Below, piece after piece: positions 50,489-61,917 of a DNA stretch of 64,000 bases. The stretch comes from Gammaproteobacteria bacterium. Lineage in GTDB: Bacteria; Pseudomonadota; Gammaproteobacteria; Eutrophobiales; Eutrophobiaceae. Numbering within the stretch: the stretch's first letter is position 1; each line of letters starts with the position of its first letter. The DNA is taken from positions 1,152,001 to 1,216,000 of the forward strand of contig CBDEUK010000002.1 of NCBI GenBank assembly GCA_965243205.1, in the 5' to 3' direction. The notes under the pieces are model-generated. The model did no database searches, was not told the origin of the DNA, and was given only the letters and a program-made list of their open reading frames with translations. Both the position numbers and the translations under genes were made by a program.

Positions 50489-51283
50489 TTAAACCGCGAT
50501 AGGTGCTTTGATATTAGGATGCGCTTCGTAATTGATTAACTCAAAATCTTCATATTTAAATGAAAAAATATCTTTAACCTCTGGATTGATTTTCATCTTT
50601 GGTAAAGATAAAGGCTCACGTAGCAATTGTTCATCTACTTGCTGCAGATGGTTCATATATAAATGTGCATCACCAAAAGTATGAACAAACTCTCCAGGTT
50701 TTAAATCAGTCACTTGAGCAATCATCATTAATAATAATGCGTAAGAAGCAATGTTAAATGGAACACCTAAAAACACATCAGCACTGCGTTGATATAATTG
50801 ACAAGAAAGTTTTCCATTCGCAACATAAAACTGGAAAAAAGCATGGCAAGGCATTAATGCCATTTTATCTAGTTCACCTACATTCCATGCGCTCACAATC
50901 AAACGTCTTGAATCTGGATTTATTTTTATTTGTTCAATAACATCTTTAATTTGATCAATGGTTCTACCGTCGATGGTTTTCCAACTACGCCATTGCGCTC
51001 CATAAACAGGACCAAGTCCACCATCTTCATCCGCCCATTCATCCCAAATACTTACACCATTATCTTTAAGGTATTGAATATTAGTATCGCCATTTAGAAA
51101 CCATAAAAGTTCATGAATAATGGATTTTAAATGTAATTTTTTAGTCGTTAATACAGGAAACCCTTCCTCCAGATCAAAACGCATTTGGTAACCGAAAACA
51201 CTCAAAGTCCCAGTACCTGTTCTATCATCTTTTTGTACACCATGTTGTTTAACATGTTGCATTAATTCTAAATATTGTTTCAT
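50489..51283 (-). CDS. thyA: Thymidylate synthase
   Basis: [35 protein letters not shown]. Start at 51283 gives 264 aa. Confidence 0.97.
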   Translation of the reverse strand: MKQYLELMQHVKQHGVQKDDRTGTGTLSVFGYQMRFDLEEGFPVLTTKKLHLKSIIHELLWFLNGDTNIQYLKDNGVSIWDEWADEDGGLGPVYGAQWRSWKTIDGRTIDQIKDVIEQIKINPDSRRLIVSAWNVGELDKMALMPCHAFFQFYVANGKLSCQLYQRSADVFLGVPFNIASYALLLMMIAQVTDLKPGEFVHTFGDAHLYMNHLQQVDEQLLREPLSLPKMKINPEVKDIFSFKYEDFELINYEAHPNIKAPIAV

Positions 51284-51288
51284 ATATT

Positions 51289-51897
51289 CTATTTTATTTT
51301 TCTTACTTTTCTTTCTAAGTATTTTACAAGGCCATTCGTAGATTTTCTTTTTAAGATTTTTCGGTATTCTTTTTTGTAGTTCTCTAGCCAACTTTCTCCA
51401 TTCGCATGCAGATCATATATCATCCATGTACCAGAAGATTTTTTTAATTTAACTTCTAATGAAGATATTTTTTGCTCTTCTTTTTTTACGTTCAATGATA
51501 AAGAACTCAAATCTCCTCCAAAAAACTCTATTTTTGATATTTCGACTACTTGTATATTGTAATCTTTTAAATCACTCCATAAATCAAAAGGAATTATTTG
51601 TCTTAATAAATTTGGAATTACTCTTTTTTGTTCGGAAGAAATCCTATTGAATTTTGCACCTATTATATCATGTGCAATATATTCAAAATCTATAAGTGGT
51701 ACTAATTCATTATTTAGTTTTAAACGTTTAATTACATCTGGGATTGAGTCATCTCCTAATATGTTAATAACGTTCTTATGTTTTATATTTAAGGTTTCTT
51801 TAATTTTTTCTTCATCAAAAGATTGTAAAAATTCTGTACAAGAAGTTGTCAGTAAAATTAAAAATAAAATAATTAGTTTTTTAAAAACGAAATTCAT
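51289..51897 (-). CDS. MlaC/Ttg2D-like protein, probable lipoprotein
   Basis: PLIDFEYIA...S.EQKR and [21 protein letters not shown] resemble MlaC; start 51897 gives [20 protein letters not shown]. Confidence 0.7.
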   Translation of the reverse strand: MNFVFKKLIILFLILLTTSCTEFLQSFDEEKIKETLNIKHKNVINILGDDSIPDVIKRLKLNNELVPLIDFEYIAHDIIGAKFNRISSEQKRVIPNLLRQIIPFDLWSDLKDYNIQVVEISKIEFFGGDLSSLSLNVKKEEQKISSLEVKLKKSSGTWMIYDLHANGESWLENYKKEYRKILKRKSTNGLVKYLERKVRKIK

Positions 51898-51920
51898 ATT
51901 GCTACACCAAAAAAAGACGT

Positions 51921-52697
51921 TCAGTGAGAGCGCCAGAATAATACTAATCCAACGATTATCATTGGTACTGACAACAATTGCCCCATAGTGATCCAATCAA
52001 AAGCTATGAACCCTAAATGGCCATCTGGTTGCCGGAAAAACTCTACAATAAATCGGAATAAACCATAAAAGATCAAAAATAATGCGGAAACGCTCATCAA
52101 CGGCCTAGGGCGAGAAGAATATATCCATAATATGACAAATAAAAGAACACCTTCGAGTAAGAATTGATAAATTTGCGAGGGATGCCTTGCAAGCCCTATA
52201 GGCTCAGCGTTTGGAAATACCATTGCCCATGGTACATCGGATATACGACCCCAAAGCTCACCATTAATAAAGTTGCCAACCCTACCTGCACCGAGTCCAA
52301 TCGGCACCACAGGCGCGATCAAATCAGTTGCGGCAAAAAACGACTTTCCTATACTGCGACAATACAAATAAACAGCCAATAAGACACCTATTAAACCACC
52401 ATGGAAAGCCATACCACCTTTCCAAATCTTTAATATTTCCAATGGGTTATCGAGATAGAAAGGGAAATTGTAAAATAATACCGAACCTAAACGGCCCCCG
52501 ACAATAATCCCAATTGTGGCATAAAACACTAGATCTGAAACCTGCTCAGTAGTCCAGTTATATTGGGGCTGTTTGATCCTCTGATTCATCAAATACCATG
52601 CAGCCAGAATTCCAACCACGTAACACAGCCCATACCAGCGAATTTCTAGTGGGCCTAGGGCAATCGCAACTGGATCAATTTCAGGAAATTTCAACAT
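51921..52697 (-). CDS. lgt: Prolipoprotein diacylglyceryl transferase
   Basis: [47 protein letters not shown]. Confidence 0.97.
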   Translation of the reverse strand: MLKFPEIDPVAIALGPLEIRWYGLCYVVGILAAWYLMNQRIKQPQYNWTTEQVSDLVFYATIGIIVGGRLGSVLFYNFPFYLDNPLEILKIWKGGMAFHGGLIGVLLAVYLYCRSIGKSFFAATDLIAPVVPIGLGAGRVGNFINGELWGRISDVPWAMVFPNAEPIGLARHPSQIYQFLLEGVLLFVILWIYSSRPRPLMSVSALFLIFYGLFRFIVEFFRQPDGHLGFIAFDWITMGQLLSVPMIIVGLVLFWRSH

Positions 52698-52751
52698 ATA
52701 AACAATTTATAACCCATATGGATTAGATATAAAAAAATAAACGAATAGTTC

Positions 52752-52778
52752 TCAAGGATTTGGATATTGTGTCGATAG
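52752..52778 (+). promoter_or_regulatory. Putative sigma-28 promoter
   Basis: TCAA-GGATTTGGATATTGT(15)-GTCGATAG immediately upstream of ATG 52787. Confidence 0.6.
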
Positions 52779-52786
52779 TTCATAGT

Positions 52787-53716
52787 ATGAATACAACAAT
52801 AAGTAACTCTTTTCCAATACAAATATCCGAAAACCAATCTGACATGTTAGCAACAGACATCTTATATGAGCCTAGAGTCGATATCCAAAAAATCGACGAA
52901 TTACCACCGATGCCGGCTATTGCTAATGAATTATTAACTATTTTAAACGACCCCGATGCCGAAATAGAAGATATCGCAGATATCATCATCAAAGATCCCG
53001 GACTCGCCGCAAAACTACTGGGCCTAGCTAATTCAGCTTTTTTCAGCTTTGGTCGCTCAGTGAACACGATTACTGAAGCCATTATCAATGTACTTGGCCT
53101 TGAACTTGTGAAAGGTTTATCTATTGGGCTTATCATGAGCAATTCATTTGATAGTAATAAATGTAAAAGCTTTGATATTTCTCAATACTGGTCTAATGCC
53201 TTACTCACCGCCAATTTAACTCGCGGTATTGGAAAGATTGGTGAATTTAATGAGGATATTAACCCGGCATTTTTCTATCTATATGGATTACTACATAATT
53301 TAGGCATTCTAGTATTAGCCGATTGCTTCCCTGAGGAAATGGACAATGTCTTCTCTATTAAAGGAAAACATCCTGAAGAAAAACTAAGTATAATTGAAAG
53401 AGAAGAATTAGGAATCACACATTATGAAGCTGGTGTTTTTCTCTCAGAAAGATGGGGGCTTCCAGAAGACATAACCGTTGCTATTGGAGAACATGCGAAC
53501 TTTGATTATAGAAGTTCCCATCATGAAGTAGCACAATTAACCGGCTATTGTTCAAGAATGAGTCAACATGCTTTACACAATACTCCTATTGAAGATAGAA
53601 ATGCACTTATACCTAATTTAATTAATCTGCCTATTGATAAATGTGAAAGCATTATTGAAAAAACAAACTTAAAAATAGATGATGTCAAAGCAATTGCAGC
53701 CAAGATGAATAATTAA
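52787..53716 (+). CDS. HDOD domain protein
   Basis: LPPMP, DPGLAAKLLGLANSAFF, GLLHNLGIL, THYEAG...WGLP. Start probably ATG 52787. Confidence 0.9.
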   Translation: MNTTISNSFPIQISENQSDMLATDILYEPRVDIQKIDELPPMPAIANELLTILNDPDAEIEDIADIIIKDPGLAAKLLGLANSAFFSFGRSVNTITEAIINVLGLELVKGLSIGLIMSNSFDSNKCKSFDISQYWSNALLTANLTRGIGKIGEFNEDINPAFFYLYGLLHNLGILVLADCFPEEMDNVFSIKGKHPEEKLSIIEREELGITHYEAGVFLSERWGLPEDITVAIGEHANFDYRSSHHEVAQLTGYCSRMSQHALHNTPIEDRNALIPNLINLPIDKCESIIEKTNLKIDDVKAIAAKMNN

Positions 53717-53726
53717 TGCCGTAACT

Positions 53727-54932
53727 ATGAATATGTTAAATGAAGAAATCTCTGATATGAATTACGCTGTACAAAAGCAGCTAACGAAATTCATTCATGC
53801 GTTATCTGGTATACGTTCATTGAGTAATATTGAGATTGGAGATTGCTTGGAGCACGAGCTTTATCGTTCTATTGTAAAAGCGGTATTAACAAATATTGAT
53901 ATGGATAGTTGTTCTATTTTTCTTTATGAGGATGAAAAATTCAAATGCGTTGCTGGAATTTCTTGGGACGATAGAAATCAGAACAATATCATTCGATTAT
54001 CAAATTCAAGTCATACCTTTAATAAATCTGAAGGTATCATTGGCCAATGTGCTGATAATAAAACGTTAGTACATATTAAAGATTGCTCTGAAGAACCAAA
54101 ATATAAATTATTTGGTGATGGTGTTTACAGTAAAGCTAAAGGTTCTCTAATTTGCACACCTCTCATATCAAATAAAAAATTCATTGGTGTTTTAAATACT
54201 TCACATCCATATGCTGATTTTTTTGAACCATGGCATGAAAAAGTCATTATGACTTATGCAAACTTCATAGCTAAATTGATTATGAATCATCGTATGTTTC
54301 ATTCAATGGAAGCAGAGATATATTCTCAAACACGTGAATTACAATCTGCTCTACGTGAATCTGAAAATTTGAAACAGCGGTATCAAGAACTATCATCCAT
54401 AGATTATTTAACTGAATTGCATAACCGTCGTTATTTCTTTCCAGAATTAGTGAAAAGTATTTCTAATGGTAAACGACACAATCAACCACTATCATTATTA
54501 GTATTGGATTTAGATTCGTTTAAACTAGTGAATGATACTTATGGGCATGAATTGGGTGACGCAGTATTGATTGGCGTCAGTCAGTTATTAAAACGACAGA
54601 TCCGAAAAGGCGATTTATTAGCACGCCTTGGCGGTGAAGAATTTGTTATTGCCCTAGTTAATACAGATACCCAAGGTGCCATTCAGTTTGCTGAACGACT
54701 TCGTGTCATGATCAGTGAATTAAAATGGTCTTATCAAAACAAATCTATTCAAATAACTACTTGTATTGGCATTAGTTCTTTAAATCATGATGATGAAAAT
54801 GTTGAAAATATATCAAGAACTTTAGTTGCTGATGCTGACAAAGCACTTTATTACTGCAAAGAAAATGGTCGTGACCAAATCAAAGCCCATAGCGATTTGG
54901 AATACGCGAGTAGTGATAGTAATATTCACTAA
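53727..54932 (+). CDS. GAF-GGDEF diguanylate cyclase
   Basis: GAF (GSLICTPL...IGVLN), [15 protein letters not shown]-site, GGEEF. Confidence 0.92.
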   Translation: MNMLNEEISDMNYAVQKQLTKFIHALSGIRSLSNIEIGDCLEHELYRSIVKAVLTNIDMDSCSIFLYEDEKFKCVAGISWDDRNQNNIIRLSNSSHTFNKSEGIIGQCADNKTLVHIKDCSEEPKYKLFGDGVYSKAKGSLICTPLISNKKFIGVLNTSHPYADFFEPWHEKVIMTYANFIAKLIMNHRMFHSMEAEIYSQTRELQSALRESENLKQRYQELSSIDYLTELHNRRYFFPELVKSISNGKRHNQPLSLLVLDLDSFKLVNDTYGHELGDAVLIGVSQLLKRQIRKGDLLARLGGEEFVIALVNTDTQGAIQFAERLRVMISELKWSYQNKSIQITTCIGISSLNHDDENVENISRTLVADADKALYYCKENGRDQIKAHSDLEYASSDSNIH

Positions 54933-54958
54933 ACGATTCATTACTATGCTCATTTTTG

Positions 54959-57046
54959 ATGCAAAAAGAAAAAGGCTTAAACGCACTTAAAGAAGAAACC
55001 AGCCCTTATTTACTTCAGCACGCTGAAAATCCAGTACATTGGTTCCCTTGGTCAGAACAAGCTCTGACACTTGCGAAAGAACAAAACAAACCGATTCTTT
55101 TATCCATTGGCTATTCTGCATGTCATTGGTGTCATGTAATGGCACATGAATCCTTTGAAGACGAAGAAACAGCAGAATTAATGAATACGTATTTCATTAA
55201 TATCAAAGTTGATCGAGAAGAACGACCTGATATTGATAGCATCTATCAAAAAGCTCAACAACTGTTAACACAACGGACTGGCGGCTGGCCTTTAACCATG
55301 TTTTTAACACCCGATGATCATATACCTTTTTTTGGTGGTACCTATTTTCCTAAAGAAGCAAAGTTTGGTTTGCCGTCTTTTAAAGAACTACTTATAAATA
55401 TTTCAAATTTTTATTTAACTCGCGAAGATGATATACGTAAGCAAAATGCTTCTTTTCAAAGTGCGTTAAGTCGATTTGAAGTCAACAGTTCAAATATAGA
55501 ACAATCGATTAATGAAGAACCTCTTCAAGAAGCCTATTATCAATTACAACAATCGTTTGATCATGCTTACGGTGGATTTGGGCAGGCACCTAAATTTCCT
55601 CATCCAAGTAATATAGAACGTTTATTACTACATGCATTTTCAGTCAATGAGAAAGATGAATCTCAACAAGCCATGCAAATGGCATTATTCACTTTAGAAA
55701 AAATGGCTATCGGTGGAATTTACGATCATGTTGGTGGTGGTTTTTCCCGTTATTCCGTTGATCAATATTGGATGATTCCTCATTTTGAAAAAATGCTTTA
55801 TGACAATGGGCCATTATTATATTTATATGTGAGTGTATGGAATATAACCGGCTTCTCATTTTTTAAAAACGTAACTGAAGAAACCGCTGATTGGATCATA
55901 AAAGAAATGCAATCAGACGAAGGTGGTTATTATTCTGCATTAGATGCAGACTCAGAAGGCGAAGAGGGGAAATATTATGTCTGGCAACGAGATGACATTC
56001 AAAATATCTTGGATAAAAATACCTTTGAATTATTTGCACATACATATGGCTTAAATCATGAACCTAATTTTGAAGGCAAATGGCATTTATACTTAAAAAA
56101 TAATCTCGAAGAAACAGCAACTCATTTCAAAAAAGATGTACTTGAATGCAAAGAATTAATATCAAACTGTAAAACACGTTTATATGAAAAACGTGAACAA
56201 CGTATTCGACCAGGTTTAGATGATAAAATACTTGGATCATGGAATGGACTCATGGTCAAAGGTATGGCTCAAGCAGGACGACTGCTTAATAATGAATCCT
56301 ATATAAACTCTGCAAGCAAAGCGTTAGATTTTATAATAGATAATTTATGGAAAAATGCACGGTTACTAGCGACCTATAAAGATGGTAAAGCACATTTAAA
56401 TGCTTACTTAGATGATTATGCATTTTTAATCGATGCCTGTTTACAACTCTTACAAGCAAAATGGAATTCAAGATATTTAACTTTTGCTACTCAATTAGCT
56501 GAAACATTAATCGAACAATTCTATGATGAAGAAAATGGTGGGTTCTTTTTTACAAGCCATGATCATGAAAAACTGATTAATCGAGAAAAACCATATATGG
56601 ATAATGCAACGCCAGCAGGTAATGGCATTGCTTGTATTACTTTACAACGTTTAGGTCATTTAGTTGGCGAAACTAAGTACAATGATGTCGTCGAAAATAC
56701 CTTAAAAGCATCGTGGTCATCCATCAATTCTTATCCATCAGCACACAATACTTTGCTACAAGCCTTACAAGAATATTTAGAACCACCTCAAACAATTATT
56801 CTTCGTGGTGAACAAAAAACTATGCAGCAATGGCAACAAAATATTTTAGAAAAAACATTTTCATTATCAACATTGGTATTTTGCATTGATAAAGAAATGA
56901 AAAATTTACCTGAAATCATTCAAGCAAGATCCGCTGACTCAGAATGCACTGCCTATTTATGTAAGGGGCATAGTTGTTTACCGCCATTTAACAATATAGA
57001 AAAGTTGTTAGAAAGTTTAAACACAATCTCAAAGTCACCACCCTAA
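54959..57046 (+). CDS. YyaL/SSP411 family protein (thioredoxin plus six-hairpin domain)
   Basis: [45 protein letters not shown]. Confidence 0.94.
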   Translation: MQKEKGLNALKEETSPYLLQHAENPVHWFPWSEQALTLAKEQNKPILLSIGYSACHWCHVMAHESFEDEETAELMNTYFINIKVDREERPDIDSIYQKAQQLLTQRTGGWPLTMFLTPDDHIPFFGGTYFPKEAKFGLPSFKELLINISNFYLTREDDIRKQNASFQSALSRFEVNSSNIEQSINEEPLQEAYYQLQQSFDHAYGGFGQAPKFPHPSNIERLLLHAFSVNEKDESQQAMQMALFTLEKMAIGGIYDHVGGGFSRYSVDQYWMIPHFEKMLYDNGPLLYLYVSVWNITGFSFFKNVTEETADWIIKEMQSDEGGYYSALDADSEGEEGKYYVWQRDDIQNILDKNTFELFAHTYGLNHEPNFEGKWHLYLKNNLEETATHFKKDVLECKELISNCKTRLYEKREQRIRPGLDDKILGSWNGLMVKGMAQAGRLLNNESYINSASKALDFIIDNLWKNARLLATYKDGKAHLNAYLDDYAFLIDACLQLLQAKWNSRYLTFATQLAETLIEQFYDEENGGFFFTSHDHEKLINREKPYMDNATPAGNGIACITLQRLGHLVGETKYNDVVENTLKASWSSINSYPSAHNTLLQALQEYLEPPQTIILRGEQKTMQQWQQNILEKTFSLSTLVFCIDKEMKNLPEIIQARSADSECTAYLCKGHSCLPPFNNIEKLLESLNTISKSPP

Positions 57047-57313
57047 ACTCTTTTATTTTCTGACTTGAAATAACGCTCGATTTGCCTTATGCTGCGCCGC
57101 AATAGTTGGTATTGAATTAGATTCATTTATTGCTCAATTAACAACTATTATATACATACAGCTCCTGGGCAGATGTGCCGGTGCTATAGTAAGTTTGGTT
57201 GCGTGCTAATAGTTTTGAAAAAAACTCAAGCCAAAACCATAGCCAAGTAGTGTCTGTTGCTCTGTACCTGGAACTGTTTTTAATCAACTAACAGTTAATT
57301 GGTGAAGGTGAAG

Positions 57314-59119
57314 ATGAATACAGAAAACCAAAAACTGCTGGCATGGGTAAACCAAATTGCCAACTTATGTAACCCCGATAATATCCACTGGTGTGATGGC
57401 TCTCAAAACGAATGGGAAGCTATGTGTAATCTCATGGTAGAAGCCGGCACAGCAAAACAACTCAATACTGAAAAACGTCCTAACAGTTATTACGTCCGTT
57501 CTACCCCTGAAGATGTTGCTCGCGTCGAAGACCGGACTTTTATTTGTTCTCAAAACCAAGATGATGCTGGACCAAATAATAATTGGTGTGAACCAAAAAC
57601 TATGCGACAAACATTAAGCAATCTTTTTAATGGTTGTATGCAAGGTCGAACCATGTACGTCATTCCTTTTTGCATGGGCCCCATCGGTTCTAATATTTCA
57701 CAAATTGGTATTGAGATTTCCGATTCACCCTATGTTGTTGCAAACATGCACATCATGACACGCGTTGGTGAACCAGTACTTAAAGCATTAGGTACAGATG
57801 GTGACTTTGTACCTTGCATTCATTCTGTTGGGGTTCCGTTATCTGAAAATGAAATTGATGTTGCATGGCCTTGCAACCCTGATAATCGTTATATTATTCA
57901 CTTTCCCGAGTCACGTGAAATTTGGTCTTATGGTTCAGGTTATGGTGGTAATGCCCTATTAGGCAAAAAGTGTTTTGCACTTCGAATAGCCTCTACCATG
58001 GCAAGAGATGAAGGTTGGTTAGCTGAACATATGTTGATCTTAAAACTGACGAATCAAAACAATGAAGTTAAATACATAGCGGCTGCATTTCCAAGTGCGT
58101 GTGGGAAAACCAATTTAGCGATGTTAATACCAACCATTCCCGGTTGGAAAGTTGAAACAATCGGTGATGATATTTGTTGGATGAAATTTGGTGATGATGG
58201 ACAACTTTACGCAATTAACCCAGAAGCTGGTTTTTTTGGTGTTGCACCTGGTACAGGCATGAACTCAAACGCTAATGCAATGTTAGCCATGAGTAAAAAT
58301 ACAATCTTTACCAATGTTGCAGAAACAGATGATGGAGATGTGTGGTGGGAAGGCATGACAACACAATCACCAAAACACTTAATCGATTGGCAAGGTAATG
58401 ATTGGACTCCAAAATCAGAATCGGTAGCAGCACATGCCAATGCTCGATTTACAACCCCTGCTGTTCAATGTCCAACGATCGCTGATGAATGGGACGATCC
58501 GAAAGGTGTTCCAATCAGTGCTATTTTATTCGGTGGTAGACGTGCATCCGTTGTTCCACTTGTAACAGAAGCATTTGACTGGGAACATGGGACATTTATG
58601 GGAACGATCATCGCTTCTGAAATGACGGCTGCAGCGTTTGGTACTATCGGCAAATTACGTCGCGACCCAATGGCCATGTTGCCATTTTGTGGCTACAACA
58701 TGGCTGACTACTGGAATCATTGGTTAAGCATTGGTAAAAAAGTTGATGCCAAGCTGCCTAAAATCTTTTATGTAAACTGGTTTCGTAAAGATAAAGAAAG
58801 AAAATTTATGTGGCCGGGCTTTGGAGAAAACAGCCGAGTATTAAAATGGATATTTGATCGTTGTAATGGTACAGCGAATGCTGTTGATACAGAGATTGGT
58901 AGAATGCCTTTAATTAACGATATAGATTTTAGTAATCTTGATGTCACTGCTGATAATGCCATTAAACTTTTGAGTGTCGATGTTGATGGTTGGCTTTCAG
59001 AGTTACCTGATATCGAAAACTACTATGCAAAATTTGGTGAACGATTACCTAAAGAACTCAATAAACAAATACAAATGTTACGTTCACGTTTAATGGACAA
59101 TAAACAAGCTGTTGCTTAA
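57314..59119 (+). CDS. pckG: GTP-dependent phosphoenolpyruvate carboxykinase
   Basis: [56 protein letters not shown]. Confidence 0.96.
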   Translation: MNTENQKLLAWVNQIANLCNPDNIHWCDGSQNEWEAMCNLMVEAGTAKQLNTEKRPNSYYVRSTPEDVARVEDRTFICSQNQDDAGPNNNWCEPKTMRQTLSNLFNGCMQGRTMYVIPFCMGPIGSNISQIGIEISDSPYVVANMHIMTRVGEPVLKALGTDGDFVPCIHSVGVPLSENEIDVAWPCNPDNRYIIHFPESREIWSYGSGYGGNALLGKKCFALRIASTMARDEGWLAEHMLILKLTNQNNEVKYIAAAFPSACGKTNLAMLIPTIPGWKVETIGDDICWMKFGDDGQLYAINPEAGFFGVAPGTGMNSNANAMLAMSKNTIFTNVAETDDGDVWWEGMTTQSPKHLIDWQGNDWTPKSESVAAHANARFTTPAVQCPTIADEWDDPKGVPISAILFGGRRASVVPLVTEAFDWEHGTFMGTIIASEMTAAAFGTIGKLRRDPMAMLPFCGYNMADYWNHWLSIGKKVDAKLPKIFYVNWFRKDKERKFMWPGFGENSRVLKWIFDRCNGTANAVDTEIGRMPLINDIDFSNLDVTADNAIKLLSVDVDGWLSELPDIENYYAKFGERLPKELNKQIQMLRSRLMDNKQAVA

Positions 59120-59141
59120 ATCTATTCTCTTTATCTAGTAC

Positions 59142-59174
59142 TATCCCGCTACTTATATATAAAGCAGCGGGATA
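59142..59174. terminator. Hairpin between convergent genes
   Basis: TATCCCGCT...AGCGGGATA. Confidence 0.65.
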
Positions 59175-59190
59175 ATAAATCCTTTAAGTA

Positions 59191-59934
59191 TTAGCCTTCC
59201 ATCAAATTAGCTTCAACAATATTTTTTGCGAATGTAGAGTATTGTTCTTCAAACATTTTAGCCATACTATCTGGAAACGCATGAAACTCACCGGCTTTTA
59301 AAGCAGAAATAATACTTTCACTTACCAAAGAGCTTGGTTCAGCAATTTCTCCTAAGCCTGCATTGTTTGCCATATCAGTATCAATAGGTCCCGGATGTAC
59401 ACTCACTACATGTGTTCCTTGTTCGGCGAGTTTATCTTTTAAACCTTGCGTCAATGAATAAGCCGCTGCTTTAGAAGCAGAATAAGTTGCAAAATCTGCA
59501 AAGTTTTTCATCGAGGCAACTGAATTCAATTGCACAAACGCACCTCCACCATTCTGTTTTAAGATCGGTGCAAACGCTTGTGCTATGTGTATAAGACCAT
59601 AAACATTTACATCGACTTCTTTTTGAAACGCATCAACGGCATTCTCAGATAAAGGTGATGCCGTTTCTAAAATCCCAGCATTATTAATTACTAAATCAAC
59701 ATCACTTGCAGTATTAGCTGCCGCTTTAATGGTATCTGGTTTTGACATATCAACGTATATTGGCACAACCTTATTGCCATGCGCTGCAACTAATGCTTGC
59801 GCACTATCGATGTTACGAACCGCTGCATACACTTTACTCGCACCATGCTCGATAAGTGATTCAACAATGGATTTTCCAATACCACGATTGGCACCTGTTA
59901 CTAATGCTGCTTTATTACTTACATTAAAACTCAT
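59191..59934 (-). CDS. Short-chain dehydrogenase
   Basis: [17 protein letters not shown]. Confidence 0.92.
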   Translation of the reverse strand: MSFNVSNKAALVTGANRGIGKSIVESLIEHGASKVYAAVRNIDSAQALVAAHGNKVVPIYVDMSKPDTIKAAANTASDVDLVINNAGILETASPLSENAVDAFQKEVDVNVYGLIHIAQAFAPILKQNGGGAFVQLNSVASMKNFADFATYSASKAAAYSLTQGLKDKLAEQGTHVVSVHPGPIDTDMANNAGLGEIAEPSSLVSESIISALKAGEFHAFPDSMAKMFEEQYSTFAKNIVEANLMEG

Positions 59935-59970
59935 AACTATTTCTCCTAATTATTAATTGAACAATAAAAA

Positions 59971-60831
59971 TTAAAATCGGTTATTTTCAAAATCATTAAA
60001 AGCTTGAATGATTTGTTCACGCGTATTCATTACAAACGGTCCTCCACGCGCGATGGGTTCGTTTAATGGCCTTGCAGCTACAAATAAAAATTGTGCATCT
60101 TGATTCGCAACGACATCAACTTGATCGCCTTGTTGTAATACCCCTAATTGCTTTGCATCTAGACGTCTTTTGTCATCACCTACTAATAAGCTGCCTGAAA
60201 TAACATAGATAAAAACGTTATCTTGGTTATCAATTTGTTGTGTAAAGCTGTGCTCTGTTTTTAGTATCACATCAAAAAAATGTGGATAAACGAAATGATT
60301 GTTTATGGGTCCTTGGGTACCTTGATTGGTTTGTCCTGCAATGACTTTAATCGTCGAACCGTCTTGATTCGATTCTAAACTAAGAGCACTTTTTCCAAAC
60401 TCTTTATAAACAGGTTCTGTCATCTTGTGACTAGCAGGTAAATTTACCCATAGTTGAAAACCATGTAATAAACCATTTTCTTGTTCAGGCATCTCTGAAT
60501 GAATAATACCTTTGCCGGCTGTCATCCATTGCACACCACCTGCTTCGATCACACCTTCATTGCCTGCATTATCTTTATGGCGCATACGACCATTAAGTAG
60601 ATAGGTAACTGTTTCAAAACCACGATGCGGATGACTCGGAAAACCACCAATGTAATCAGTGTTATCATCACTCTCGAACACATCCAATAATAAAAACGGA
60701 TCTAGTGTATTTAATTCAGACGTACCGAGCATACGAGTAAGCTTTACTCCTGCGCCATCATTTGTTGCTTCACCATTGGTAATAAAACGTAACTCTCTTG
60801 TTGTCGCGGTTATTTGTTTTGCAGTATCCAT
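59971..60831 (-). CDS. Pirin family protein
   Basis: DPFLLLD, HPHRGFETVTY, WMTAGKGIIHSE, GPFVMN. Confidence 0.95.
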   Translation of the reverse strand: MDTAKQITATTRELRFITNGEATNDGAGVKLTRMLGTSELNTLDPFLLLDVFESDDNTDYIGGFPSHPHRGFETVTYLLNGRMRHKDNAGNEGVIEAGGVQWMTAGKGIIHSEMPEQENGLLHGFQLWVNLPASHKMTEPVYKEFGKSALSLESNQDGSTIKVIAGQTNQGTQGPINNHFVYPHFFDVILKTEHSFTQQIDNQDNVFIYVISGSLLVGDDKRRLDAKQLGVLQQGDQVDVVANQDAQFLFVAARPLNEPIARGGPFVMNTREQIIQAFNDFENNRF

Positions 60832-60920
60832 AACAACCTCCAAAATTGACTCTCATTCATTAATTGTTGATAAGTTTATTAGTTGACAATTAGTGAATAA
60901 AGATTAAATTAGTGAATTAA

Positions 60921-60941
60921 TTGTTTACTAAAAGAGAACAA
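60921..60941. promoter_or_regulatory. Putative LysR operator
   Basis: Inverted repeat TTGTT-N11-AACAA between the divergent pirin and LysR genes; AATTAGTGAAT is directly repeated at 60888 and 60907. Confidence 0.55.
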
Positions 60942-60945
60942 TGAT

Positions 60946-61854
60946 ATGGGTCAACTAGAAGACATGGGATTATTTATTCGGATTATTGAGGCTGGCAGCA
61001 TCAGCAAAGCCGCTGAACAATTGAATCTAGCTAAGTCAGCGGTCAGTAAACGCTTGAATGAACTAGAAATTCGACTGGGCACTAAATTGATAAACCGAAC
61101 TACCCGAACCTCAAATTTAACCGAAGCTGGAAAACTCTACTACGAACGAGCCAACCAAATTATAGATGATGTTGCTGAGTTAAACGGTCAAACTTCTGAG
61201 GATAAAACAGAATTAAAAGGCATGATCAACTTAGCCGCGCCTTTATCATTTGGTCTTTGTCATTTATCGAAAGCGATCGATATCTTTTTAAAACAACATC
61301 CAACAATTTCTATCAATATAGATTTTTCTGATAGACAAATTGATTTAATCGAAGAAGGTTTGGATTTAGCATTTCGTATCACTCGTGAACTGAATGATTC
61401 GACATTAATTGCCCATCGCATAGCACCGATAAAAATGATGATATGTGCAAGTCCAGACTATATAAAAAAATATGGTGAACCAAACTGTCATCGTGACTTA
61501 ACTGAACATCGATTATTACGATTTAACTTAGTATCACCAAAGTGGTTGTTAACTGATCCAGCAGGTAAAGAGCACACCTTGCATATCAATGCAGATATCG
61601 CAGCAAACAATGGAGACTTTCTACATCGTATGGCAGTTTCAGGACATGGCATTGTTATATTGCCAACTTTTCTATCGTGGAGATCCATCGCAACAAATGA
61701 TTTAGTTCAACTTTTACCTGGATATACCATCAGCCCTTTAACAGCATATGCCGTTTATCCTCAAAATCGTTATCTATCCAAACGTACTCGGGTATTTATT
61801 GAATTTCTAAAAGAACATTTTGGTGATAATCCTTATTGGGATCAGGCTTTATAA
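60946..61854 (+). CDS. LysR family regulator (CrgA-like)
   Basis: GSISKAAEQLNLAKSAVS, LINRTTR, DLIEEGLDLAFRI. Confidence 0.95.
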   Translation: MGQLEDMGLFIRIIEAGSISKAAEQLNLAKSAVSKRLNELEIRLGTKLINRTTRTSNLTEAGKLYYERANQIIDDVAELNGQTSEDKTELKGMINLAAPLSFGLCHLSKAIDIFLKQHPTISINIDFSDRQIDLIEEGLDLAFRITRELNDSTLIAHRIAPIKMMICASPDYIKKYGEPNCHRDLTEHRLLRFNLVSPKWLLTDPAGKEHTLHINADIAANNGDFLHRMAVSGHGIVILPTFLSWRSIATNDLVQLLPGYTISPLTAYAVYPQNRYLSKRTRVFIEFLKEHFGDNPYWDQAL

Positions 61855-61917
61855 AAAAATATAAAACTAATAAGAACTAAAATTCAATGAATCTACAGCA
61901 GATCAGATAGTAATTAT

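Noticed and set aside
51284-51391. N-terminal extension of ThyA in the ORF track
   Set aside because: Overlaps the upstream gene; ATG 51283 gives the canonical length.
57158-57281. SRP RNA or 6S RNA identity for the pckG leader hairpin
   Set aside because: Lacks the SRP CAGG...GGAAGCAG core, and is too short and dissimilar for 6S.
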